DNA from: a bacterium
GTDB taxonomy: Bacteria; Zhuqueibacterota; Zhuqueibacteria; Residuimicrobiales; Krinioviventaceae
Direction: 5' to 3'
DNA length: 64,000 bases
NCBI GenBank assembly: GCA_029561455.1
Contig: JAKQIY010000076.1
Span: 81,838-145,837 of the forward strand
In this document: positions 19,131-27,982 of the stretch, piece after piece
Position numbering within the stretch: the stretch's first letter is position 1
Layout of the letters: every line of letters begins with the position of its first letter
Notes under the pieces: model-generated
What the model was told of the DNA's origin: nothing
Seen by the model: the letters and a program-made list of their open reading frames with translations, nothing else
Databases searched by the model: none
Program-made: the position numbers and the translations under genes

Positions 19131-19658
19131 ATGTCCGAATTGAAAATGCCTGATATCAATAATGTGCTGATTGCCGGGAATTTAACGAGCGATCCGGTAT
19201 ATAGAAAAACCAATAATGGAACAGCTGTTACAAATTTCTTTATTGCATCTAATCGAAAATACCGTGATAACTCCGGGATATGGCGGGAAAACCTTTGTTT
19301 TGTAGGTGTTGTAGCCTGGCATAGATTAGCGGATACTTGTAATGAAATTTTGAAAAAAGGTAGCGCCGTATTAATTGACGGAGAATTACAGAGCAGAAAC
19401 TGGCGCAACGAAGACGGTACCAGCAGAAATGTAGTAGAGATACGCGCCAGAAGAATCCAATTTCTGGATAAAGCGCTTTCTGCAGAAGTGGAAGAATTTG
19501 CCTCTCAGGAATTGGATGATAAAAATTTAGTATCAAACGATGAACGTGCCAATATATCACACCCGCTCCCGGAAGAGAATCTGCCTGTTGAACCGGTCAA
19601 GGAGATCAAGGTAGAACCAACGGAATTTGATTTTGGTTATAAAAATTTGAATCTATAA
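19131..19658 (+). CDS. ssb: Single-stranded DNA-binding protein
   Basis: OB-fold N-terminus; C-terminal acidic tip ...EPTEFDFGYKNLNL analogous to the DDDIPF tail. Confidence 0.9.
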   Translation: MSELKMPDINNVLIAGNLTSDPVYRKTNNGTAVTNFFIASNRKYRDNSGIWRENLCFVGVVAWHRLADTCNEILKKGSAVLIDGELQSRNWRNEDGTSRNVVEIRARRIQFLDKALSAEVEEFASQELDDKNLVSNDERANISHPLPEENLPVEPVKEIKVEPTEFDFGYKNLNL

Positions 19659-19679
19659 TTTATTATAAAAGGAGTGTTT

Positions 19680-19901
19680 ATGCTCAAAAAGAAAAGGATT
19701 TGCAGGTTTTGTGAAGAAAAAATCTTGTATATCGACTATAAAGACGACAAAAAGCTGCAACGCTTTACAACCGAACAGGGGAAAATAATTCCCCGCAGAA
19801 CATCGGGCACTTGTGCAAAACATCAGCGGCAGTTAGTTACTGCTCTGAAACTGGCCAGAGAAATTGCTTTGATCCCCTATGTTGCAGACTTGACCAAATA
19901 A
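19680..19901 (+). CDS. rpsR: 30S ribosomal protein S18
   Basis: [14 protein letters not shown]...[30 protein letters not shown]; start placed at ATG 19680 (AAAGGAG RBS 5 nt upstream) rather than the GTG at 19674. Confidence 0.9.
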   Translation: MLKKKRICRFCEEKILYIDYKDDKKLQRFTTEQGKIIPRRTSGTCAKHQRQLVTALKLAREIALIPYVADLTK

Positions 19902-19920
19902 AATTTACAGGAAAGGTAAT

Positions 19921-20364
19921 ATGAAAGTTATATTAAAAAAAGATTTTGATACTTTGGGTAAAGCCGGAGATATTATTGAGGTTAAACAAGGTTATGCAAG
20001 GAATTTCCTGATTCCCTCCAAAGTAGCAATAGCCGCCACACCCTCAAACCTGCAATCTTTTAAAGAAGAAAGAAAGTTACTTGAAAAACGCGAATTAAAA
20101 GGGAAAAAAGAAGCCGAGTTATTGGCAGCAAAACTGGATAAAGTATCCCTCACCGCAACTGTTCAGGTTGGTGAAGAAGATAAGGTTTTTGGTTCGGTAA
20201 CAAACCAGAATATCGCCGATATGCTAAAAGATCAGGGTTATGAAATTGATCGTAAAAAAATTCAGTTAGATGAACCCTTGAAGGCATTGGGCGTTTATGA
20301 TATTCCTATAAAGCTGCATCATGAGGTAGAAGCCAAAGTTAAAGTATGGGTGGTTAGAGACTAG
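19921..20364 (+). CDS. rplI: 50S ribosomal protein L9
   Basis: MKVILKKDFDTLGKAGDIIEVKQGYARNFLIP... canonical L9. Confidence 0.95.
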   Translation: MKVILKKDFDTLGKAGDIIEVKQGYARNFLIPSKVAIAATPSNLQSFKEERKLLEKRELKGKKEAELLAAKLDKVSLTATVQVGEEDKVFGSVTNQNIADMLKDQGYEIDRKKIQLDEPLKALGVYDIPIKLHHEVEAKVKVWVVRD

Positions 20365-20639
20365 TTTATTATCTCCGGCAATCAATTGCTGGTATGTGAA
20401 AATCAATTGATTGCCTTGCCGCCGGAAATCATGATAAAATTCTCAATACCATGGGGGGAGAGAACTTGATTCTTTTCTACCCCTTTTTGCATCTTTTAGT
20501 ATTAGTAAGTGTTTTATTATTTCCCCAAAAATCTAGATAAAAAAAGTTGATTTTAATAATCTAAACGATTATTTTAGAATATCATAAACTTGTCTGCCAA
20601 TTAATAAAAAATTTTACTAATATCAAAGAGGGACAAAAA

Positions 20640-20831
20640 GTGGAAGGTAATTTTCCGAAATGCCAGAAATGTAATAGCGGGATTCTTATTCCCCTGTCGG
20701 ATTATGGCCGAGATGGCGCTACCATTAAATACAAAGCGTGGGTATGCACAAATCCATCATGCGGATTTAATATCAGAATCGATAATGGTGAAATCAGCCT
20801 GGGTAAAGAAATTAAAGAATCCACAAAATAA
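20640..20831 (+). CDS. Small zinc-ribbon protein (CxxC...CxnC), hypothetical
   Basis: 63 aa; KCQKCNSG...WVCTNPSCGF gives four Cys in two pairs; AT-rich promoter-like region upstream. Confidence 0.35.
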   Translation: MEGNFPKCQKCNSGILIPLSDYGRDGATIKYKAWVCTNPSCGFNIRIDNGEISLGKEIKESTK

Positions 20832-20867
20832 CGCGGTGGTGGATTTTCCTGAAATTTTAGTGTTGGT

Positions 20868-21842
20868 TTGTATATTTTGAAACTGATAAAAAAAAATATC
20901 CTGTTTACCAGGGAAACAAATTTTTGGACACGACACAAAGTAAAAATTATTTCCACTCTAGTCGCTTTGTTTGTATGGTTCCTGATCGTATCCGGAGGAA
21001 CTTTTGATTACCAGGTGTCGATTCCAATTACCTGTACCAATTCTGAGGATAGTTATATTGTCGTCAATAAATTACCTCAAAACGGTCATGTAATATTACG
21101 GGGACAGGGTATTCATCTGTTAATTTTTTCTTTATTTAAAGAAGGGCGATTAAATATTGATCCGCAATGGGAGCCCGGACAAACCTTTTTTTTCCCATCC
21201 GAAAAAAATATAACTTTATTTGGTAATGCGCAAAAATTACAAATTGTCAAATTTATCGAACCGGATTCTATTGAAATACATGTAGAAAAATTGATCATCC
21301 GCGAAGTGCCGGTTATTAATCAGGTGAATATCGTTCCAACCATTGGTCATACAATTGTTGGCGATATTATTGTCGAGCCCGATATGGCGCTTATTAAAGG
21401 ACCCAAATCTGTAATAGATACGGTGACCAGTATTTATACAAAAAAAGCACAAGTTGAAAATGTGAAATATCCGGTACAAAAGCAAATCGATTTAATCAAA
21501 CCGGATATACTCCATCTTGATCTTTTGAATAAAAATGCACTGGTTTCTGCAGATATTCAAAAATTGATGGAGAAGAAGATTATCAATATCCCGGTAAATA
21601 TTATAAACCTTCCACCCAATGTTTCCGCATTGATTATACCGTCGCATATATCCCTGGTAATACAGGGCGGCGCCAACCTGGTTTTTCCGGTAACTGAAAA
21701 TGATATTGAAGCATATATCGATTATGCCAGACAGCGCCCTTCCAGCCAACAGGATTTTCCTGCCTATATTAAACCGATTACCGGTATTCGTTATCGCGAT
21801 ATTGAACCGAAACGATTCAAGGTAATCCTGGAACGAGAATAA
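20868..21842 (+). CDS. Membrane-anchored protein, YbbR-like repeat domains (tentative)
   Basis: N-terminal TM (IISTLVALFVWFLIVSG), then repeated beta-rich modules with a GP...V..V motif (PDMALIKGPKSVIDTV) reminiscent of YbbR/CdaR; no cdaA adjacent. Confidence 0.4.
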   Translation: MYILKLIKKNILFTRETNFWTRHKVKIISTLVALFVWFLIVSGGTFDYQVSIPITCTNSEDSYIVVNKLPQNGHVILRGQGIHLLIFSLFKEGRLNIDPQWEPGQTFFFPSEKNITLFGNAQKLQIVKFIEPDSIEIHVEKLIIREVPVINQVNIVPTIGHTIVGDIIVEPDMALIKGPKSVIDTVTSIYTKKAQVENVKYPVQKQIDLIKPDILHLDLLNKNALVSADIQKLMEKKIINIPVNIINLPPNVSALIIPSHISLVIQGGANLVFPVTENDIEAYIDYARQRPSSQQDFPAYIKPITGIRYRDIEPKRFKVILERE

Positions 21843-21856
21843 AGATTACAAGAAAA

Positions 21857-22867
21857 ATGAACATACTTGGTATAGAAACATCCTGCGATGAAACAAGCGC
21901 AGCCGTGGTCAACGAACAATCAATTTTGGCCAACATAATCGCAACCCAAAGCATTCATCAAAAATATGGCGGCGTGGTGCCGGAATATGCATCGCGGGCG
22001 CACATTATCAAACTGGCTCCCATTGTACAGGAAGCGCTGCATACTGCCGGAATGGATTTCCGCGATCTGGACGGCCTGGCGGTTACTTTTGGCCCGGGGC
22101 TGGCTGGTTCGCTTCTGGCCGGGTTATGTTTTTGCAAAGGTTTAGCGCTTTCACTAAATATTCCATGGATCGGTATCAATCATATTGAAGGTCACATTGT
22201 AGCCGTCCACGCCAATCAACAGAACATAGATTACCCGGCAATTTGCCTGGTGGCATCCGGCGGTCATACCATATTGGTTTATATCAAAGAACCACTCCAT
22301 TACCGGATTCTTGGCAGGACCATTGATGACGCAGCAGGAGAAGCATTTGATAAAGTCGCCAAAATTCTGGGACTGCCCTACCCCGGTGGGCCATCGGTAG
22401 AAAAATTCGCCCAAACCGGCAATGAAGCGGCAATCCGTTTTCCCCGCGCTCTGCTTGAGAACGATAATTATAATTTCAGTTTCAGTGGTCTCAAAACAGC
22501 AGTGCTTTATTATGTTGAATCGCTACATAAACAGGGCATTGAAGCGCCCATGGCAGATATCTGCGCCAGCTTCCAAAAAGCGGTAATCGATGTCCTGGCG
22601 CAAAAAAGTTTTAATGCGGTAAAGGAATACCGGTGTAAATCGCTTATTTTAGCCGGCGGCGTTGTCCGCAACACCCCCCTGCGGGAAAATTTCCGGGAAC
22701 TTGCCCGGCATTCTCAAGTACACTTTTATGCACCCGCGCCCGATCTGTGTACAGATAATGCAGCTATGATCGCCCGGGCCGGTTATATGCGTCTAATTCA
22801 AAACCAGCGATCTGATTTTATGCTGGATGTTGTTCCCAATCTGTCATTTACCGACAGCCCGAACTAG
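21857..22867 (+). CDS. tsaD: tRNA N6-adenosine threonylcarbamoyltransferase
   Basis: MNILGIETSCDETSAAVV... ; HxxH metal-site motif (GINHIEGHI). Confidence 0.95.
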   Translation: MNILGIETSCDETSAAVVNEQSILANIIATQSIHQKYGGVVPEYASRAHIIKLAPIVQEALHTAGMDFRDLDGLAVTFGPGLAGSLLAGLCFCKGLALSLNIPWIGINHIEGHIVAVHANQQNIDYPAICLVASGGHTILVYIKEPLHYRILGRTIDDAAGEAFDKVAKILGLPYPGGPSVEKFAQTGNEAAIRFPRALLENDNYNFSFSGLKTAVLYYVESLHKQGIEAPMADICASFQKAVIDVLAQKSFNAVKEYRCKSLILAGGVVRNTPLRENFRELARHSQVHFYAPAPDLCTDNAAMIARAGYMRLIQNQRSDFMLDVVPNLSFTDSPN

Positions 22868-23066
22868 CATAATGTATAAAGGTTGTTTTGAACCATCGCC
22901 AAGATACTGGTTTAATTTCAAGACTATAAATCCGGTTTTTGACTAAAACTTTTAACCAATTATATCAAACTTATAAATTGTCCGGTATTTTAAAAATTCC
23001 TGGTTTGATATTTATCATTTTGTTTTATCTATTATATGCCATATTGCCGGCAGGATATATTATTTT

Positions 23067-25241
23067 ATGACTTTATTAAATATTACTCAATTCCATATCG
23101 CAGTTAACAATATAATCTTGTTCCTGCTGTTCTCGCTGGGTGGATTAATATTTTCCTTGTACATATATCGCTATACGCTCCCTCCTGTCTCCAAAACGCT
23201 TAAAAGGATCTTAACCGGACTGCGAATTACTGTGTTGTTTTTATTACTGACCGTTTTGTTTGAATTATCAGTTAACCTGGTCAGAACAATAAAAGAAGAG
23301 GCCCAGTTAGCAGTTGCTATCGATACATCGGCAAGTATGGCGGTTATTGACAATGCCGGGGATCGTGCTGCACTTTTAAAAGAGGTATTACAAAACCCGG
23401 TGTTCGCAAAGCTGCAAAACAACTTTATTACTAATTATTATACCTTTGCCAATACAACACAAAAAATTACAGCCGATGACTCTATAACCTTTGTTGGCGA
23501 TGCTACCAATATAACATCCAGTTTGCAAGTTATTAAAAAAGAGTTGTCGGAAAAAAACCTTTCCGCTATTATTTTGATTTCCGATGGAAATTATAACCGC
23601 GGTGGTAATCCGGTACGATTAGCCGAACAAACGGGAGTTCCGGTCTACACAATTGGTCTGGGTTCCGATACACCGCTAAGGGATCTTGCCATTGCAGAAG
23701 TGGAAAACAATCCTTTCTGTTATCTTGAAGAATCGACTCCGCTAACCGTTACCATTCGCAACAATGGTTATAACCAAATCAGTACACCGGTAACCTTGTC
23801 TGTTAATGATGAGTTGGTAGATTCCCAAATTCTCACTTTACCAGCATCGCCATCAGAAACGATTATAACTTATAATTTTACACCAAAAACAACCGGATTG
23901 AACAGGCTGGTAATTAATTTGCCGGCGCAAAAAAGTGAACTGCTGGTACAAAATAACAGTCGTACGTTTTATATCGATGTTTTAAAATCCCGACTCTATA
24001 TACAAATTTATGCCGGTAGTATAACCCCTGATATTTCGTTTATCAGGAACAGTATAGAGTCATCAAAGCGTTATACTGTAGGTCTCAGGGTTGAAAAAAA
24101 CGGTGGAGGTTTTTATACTAAAGATAATAATAACTTGCAAGATACAGATATTTTGATTTTTATTGACTTTCCATCAGCCGCCACAGACCAGGCTACTTTA
24201 AATCAATTAAAAAGTACTCTGGAAAATAATAATACTCCGCTGTGGGTTATAACCGGGAAAAATACCAATTTAGCAAAATTAGCAAATTTTGAAAACTGGC
24301 TGCCCTTTAAATGTAATGCCAGTTACATAAATGAAATTCAAATATTAGCAGAACCGGATCAAGCCGGTAAAAGTCATCCTATTATGCAACCGGCGGTACC
24401 GGTTACATCCTGGTTTACAAACTGGACGAAACTACCGCCTATTTTTTCAGTACATCAAATAAAAGAATTATGGCCGCAAACCCAAACCCTGGTTTATGCC
24501 AAAACCGTTCGCGGCCAGCAGAGTACAAAACCCACCAATCCGCTTCTGGTGATCAGAAACAATAATAGCCATAAATCCGCTGCGTTTCTGGGTTATGGAT
24601 TATGGCGCTGGGAATTATTGATGTTGGGAACAGGCGACGAAAGTGATATTTACAATACCCTTGTAAATAATATGTTGCGTTGGTTAGAAACAAAACGGGA
24701 GACAAGCGCTTGGCAAATAAAAACCGATAAATCGCACTATCATTTTGGGGAACCAATTAAAATATCGGTCGATATAACTGATAAGACATTGGCAACGCCG
24801 GAAACGAGCGAATTAACCCTGCTGCTCGCTTATGAACAGGTGAGCGAATCAGTTACTGTAACCCGTTCAAGCGATAGGAGTTATACAACAGTATTATACC
24901 TGGATAAAGCCGGCGATTATACACTCTCCCTTAACAGGGATATAATGCCGCAAATTGCATCCGCTCCGGATGAAGCTTTATTTAGCGTTGGTGAGTACAG
25001 TATAGAATTGAACAATACGCAATTACAAAAATCTATATTACAGGATCTGGCAAACAATACAGGCGGCAGATATATAACACCGGACTCGACAGCGATGCTG
25101 GAATCGCTCGTCCATGGAGTAACAAAATCAAGTGTGCAAACCATAAACAAAGAAATATGGAATAATAAATATCTGCTTTTTTTATTGATCATTTTCTTAT
25201 CTCTGGAATGGTTTTTGCGAAAGAAAAAAGGAATGCTGTAA
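23067..25241 (+). CDS. vWA-domain membrane protein (BatA/two-anchor-like; N-terminal double TM plus C-terminal TM anchor)
   Basis: Two N-terminal TM helices, vWA MIDAS-like stretch (AVAIDTSASM...ILISDGNYN), long beta-rich middle, C-terminal TM LLFLLIIFLSLEWFLRKKK. Confidence 0.55.
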   Translation: MTLLNITQFHIAVNNIILFLLFSLGGLIFSLYIYRYTLPPVSKTLKRILTGLRITVLFLLLTVLFELSVNLVRTIKEEAQLAVAIDTSASMAVIDNAGDRAALLKEVLQNPVFAKLQNNFITNYYTFANTTQKITADDSITFVGDATNITSSLQVIKKELSEKNLSAIILISDGNYNRGGNPVRLAEQTGVPVYTIGLGSDTPLRDLAIAEVENNPFCYLEESTPLTVTIRNNGYNQISTPVTLSVNDELVDSQILTLPASPSETIITYNFTPKTTGLNRLVINLPAQKSELLVQNNSRTFYIDVLKSRLYIQIYAGSITPDISFIRNSIESSKRYTVGLRVEKNGGGFYTKDNNNLQDTDILIFIDFPSAATDQATLNQLKSTLENNNTPLWVITGKNTNLAKLANFENWLPFKCNASYINEIQILAEPDQAGKSHPIMQPAVPVTSWFTNWTKLPPIFSVHQIKELWPQTQTLVYAKTVRGQQSTKPTNPLLVIRNNNSHKSAAFLGYGLWRWELLMLGTGDESDIYNTLVNNMLRWLETKRETSAWQIKTDKSHYHFGEPIKISVDITDKTLATPETSELTLLLAYEQVSESVTVTRSSDRSYTTVLYLDKAGDYTLSLNRDIMPQIASAPDEALFSVGEYSIELNNTQLQKSILQDLANNTGGRYITPDSTAMLESLVHGVTKSSVQTINKEIWNNKYLLFLLIIFLSLEWFLRKKKGML

Positions 25242-25405
25242 AATAACGCCGGTATTGCGGAAAAGAAAATATACCGGGGTTATGTTAAAATAAATGTTGC
25301 AATTTATCTTTACTTGTTTTAAATTTAAAACTAAGATGTATAGTGTGTATTGACGATATTGCAATTGCAGATGTTAGTGTAGCAGCAAATTCCGGTTATC
25401 AGAAA

Positions 25406-26443
25406 ATGAAAGGATATACTTTGAAAAAGACAACGTTATTGTTGATAGTAATATTTTTTATTATCCCCTTGCGTTCCTTTTCCCAGGTATCATATTATGG
25501 TGGTAAAGGGCTTTTACGAATAATTGAAGCGGAAACAATTCATCCCGGAGTTCTGGCCATTAATGCGGTTTACAATGGTTACGCTGCAGGCGATAATTAT
25601 GATTTCAGTGAAGATCATTCCATGTATCTGGGCCTCACAGTCGGATTAACCGAGCAATTTGAGATTTTATCACAATTAGTGCCATACCAGGATGATCAAA
25701 AACATACCTGGGGGCCGATTGGCGATACCAAATTAGGCGTAAAATATCATATCCCCAACAACAGCACCTATGTAAAATTTGGAGTTGTTGGTTTTATCAG
25801 TATTCCAACAGCAGTCAATCATAATGTCCCTTTTGAATCATACAGCGATGATGCGATGGGCTGGGGTTTAATGAGTTTAACATCATTTGATCTGAAAAAC
25901 CTCTCATCCTCCATTCCGTTAAAATTAACTATAAATATTGGTTATCGCGATCATAACTGGGGCGATCAGTTCTTTGCAGCCCGTAAAGATCAGTTAATTG
26001 GTGGTATAGGTTTTAAATTTCCGATTCGCTCAAATTTACTTTATTCAGAAGTGAGCGGAGAATATTTTATCAATAACTCCGAAAATGTCAGTCCCAGCCA
26101 AAACTTTATCCGCTTCACCCAGGGGTATCGTTTTGTCGGCCCCTGGCACCTCATTTGTGACCTGGCTGCCGATATTGAATTAGGCGGTTATAAACCCGAT
26201 GCTAAAGACTTGTTCAAAGATTCCTATATTAAAGATTATGCCGATTGGAAAATAATATTTGGTGTTTCATACAGAACCACTCTATTTGCCGGCAAGACCA
26301 AGTCGGAAAAGTTACAGGAAGAAAAAGCCAGGTCTGAGCAACAGGAACTTGATACCATACAGGATAAAAGAGAAAAGGTAATTAAGGATCTTGAAGAATT
26401 AAGGAAACAACTGGAACAGGAAAAAAAGCCGAACGCTGAATAA
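25406..26443 (+). CDS. Outer-membrane beta-barrel-like protein with C-terminal coiled-coil tail, hypothetical
   Basis: Start moved to ATG 25406 (MKGYTLKKTTLLLIVIFFIIPLRSFSQ signal peptide); amphipathic beta-strand pattern; last 60 aa are a charged coiled coil (KLQEEKARSEQQELDTIQDKREKVIKDLEELRKQLEQEKK). Confidence 0.45.
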   Translation: MKGYTLKKTTLLLIVIFFIIPLRSFSQVSYYGGKGLLRIIEAETIHPGVLAINAVYNGYAAGDNYDFSEDHSMYLGLTVGLTEQFEILSQLVPYQDDQKHTWGPIGDTKLGVKYHIPNNSTYVKFGVVGFISIPTAVNHNVPFESYSDDAMGWGLMSLTSFDLKNLSSSIPLKLTINIGYRDHNWGDQFFAARKDQLIGGIGFKFPIRSNLLYSEVSGEYFINNSENVSPSQNFIRFTQGYRFVGPWHLICDLAADIELGGYKPDAKDLFKDSYIKDYADWKIIFGVSYRTTLFAGKTKSEKLQEEKARSEQQELDTIQDKREKVIKDLEELRKQLEQEKKPNAE

Positions 26444-26575
26444 TAATTAAGAATTTTTTACGTATTTTTTATGTTTTGTAGTATAATTTATTATTAACAA
26501 AAATTTAAAAAGGTATTTTCAGGTTTATCAGAAAAATGCCGCTAGTCTGTGATCACAAAGTTATTCCGATAAAAC

Positions 26576-27982
26576 ATGAATTTTGTAATACAAAAATTTT
26601 TTATTTTCATAAATATTCAATATAAATTCCGGGCTGTTCTCCTGGTCCTATGTTTTATATTTTCAATTAATACTTTTGCCTTTACCCCAACAGATTCCCC
26701 GGTAAAGCCAATGAGCCCGCGGCAATATGAGGATTTAGAAAAAGCCTCTGCTAAATTACATGCGGAAGCGCAAAAGTTATTTGAAAGCCAAAACTATTGG
26801 GAAAGCGCCCGCAATCTCATCATTTTACTGGATTTTAACAATAATTACTCCAGGATAGACGAGGTGCTTTTCACCCTGGGTGATTGTCTTTACGAAATTG
26901 GTCTTTATGAAGGTTCCAAAAAAATATTCAAATACCTGGTAAAGAAATTTATCTCCAGTGATCAACTACCCCGTGCATTACTCGGGTTACAACGTATTGA
27001 ATATGATAGTGAGAATTTGATTAAATGTATCGATTTTTATAAAGTAATTACCAGAGGAAGCCCCTCACAGGAAATTCTGGATTGTTCACGCTATTATGCA
27101 GGTCTCAGTTTTTATAAACTGAATGATTATAATAATGCCATAGATATATTGTCGCAAATCAGTAAATCAAATTCTTATTACGCTTTTGGGCAATATACCT
27201 GTGGTTTATCTTATCTGCGATTGAAAAAGGTGCGCAAAGCGGTAGATACCTTAAATGGTATTTTGCGTATTGCTATAGTAAACGATGAAATCCGCAGCAT
27301 TGTAGATGAAACCCATTTAACACTGGGTTATATTTATTATGAACTTGGCTATTATGAACATTCATGGCATCAGTTTAGTGCTGTATCTTCAAAACATACC
27401 AACTATCGCGATGCTTTATTATCGGCTGGATGGGCGGCTACCAAACTTCAGGATTATGAACGGGCCATTAAACCGTTAACACAACTGGTCAGCTTCCAAC
27501 AGGAAGACGAGAAAACCCAGGAAGGATTCTTTTTACTAGGCCAATGTTATTTAAAATTGGGGCTATATGATGATGCCCTAAAAATATATGAATTTTTGGT
27601 CAATATATTACCGAACCGAGAACTTGTGCCGGTAATAATTCAACAAGTTGGCAGCAGTATAGCCCAGGAAGAAAAAAAGATCGAAAAGATCAAAATGGAT
27701 TTGCTGGTTCTCGAAACTAAATTATTAAACCTGATTCAGCTATCACCCGATATGGATACCCCCTTATACCTGCAACAGGAAAAAGAGGGCATAACCCTGA
27801 CCAGAAATAACTTGTTAACTCAGATTCAAACCGAACGTAAATCATTCGAACAGTTCTCCATGCAAATCAAGGATATGAAAGAAAAAATCCAGATTAAAAA
27901 AGAACGTCAGGATTGGAGAGCATTTGCTGAATATGGTAAATCACGAGCCATGTTTCTCAAGAGAACAGAATCACAAAACTAA
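26576..27982 (+). CDS. TPR-repeat protein with N-terminal anchor and C-terminal coiled coil (GltE/GltD-like candidate)
   Basis: Hydrophobic N-terminus, multiple TPR units (YYELGYYEHSWHQF...), C-terminal coiled coil. Confidence 0.55.
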   Translation: MNFVIQKFFIFINIQYKFRAVLLVLCFIFSINTFAFTPTDSPVKPMSPRQYEDLEKASAKLHAEAQKLFESQNYWESARNLIILLDFNNNYSRIDEVLFTLGDCLYEIGLYEGSKKIFKYLVKKFISSDQLPRALLGLQRIEYDSENLIKCIDFYKVITRGSPSQEILDCSRYYAGLSFYKLNDYNNAIDILSQISKSNSYYAFGQYTCGLSYLRLKKVRKAVDTLNGILRIAIVNDEIRSIVDETHLTLGYIYYELGYYEHSWHQFSAVSSKHTNYRDALLSAGWAATKLQDYERAIKPLTQLVSFQQEDEKTQEGFFLLGQCYLKLGLYDDALKIYEFLVNILPNRELVPVIIQQVGSSIAQEEKKIEKIKMDLLVLETKLLNLIQLSPDMDTPLYLQQEKEGITLTRNNLLTQIQTERKSFEQFSMQIKDMKEKIQIKKERQDWRAFAEYGKSRAMFLKRTESQN

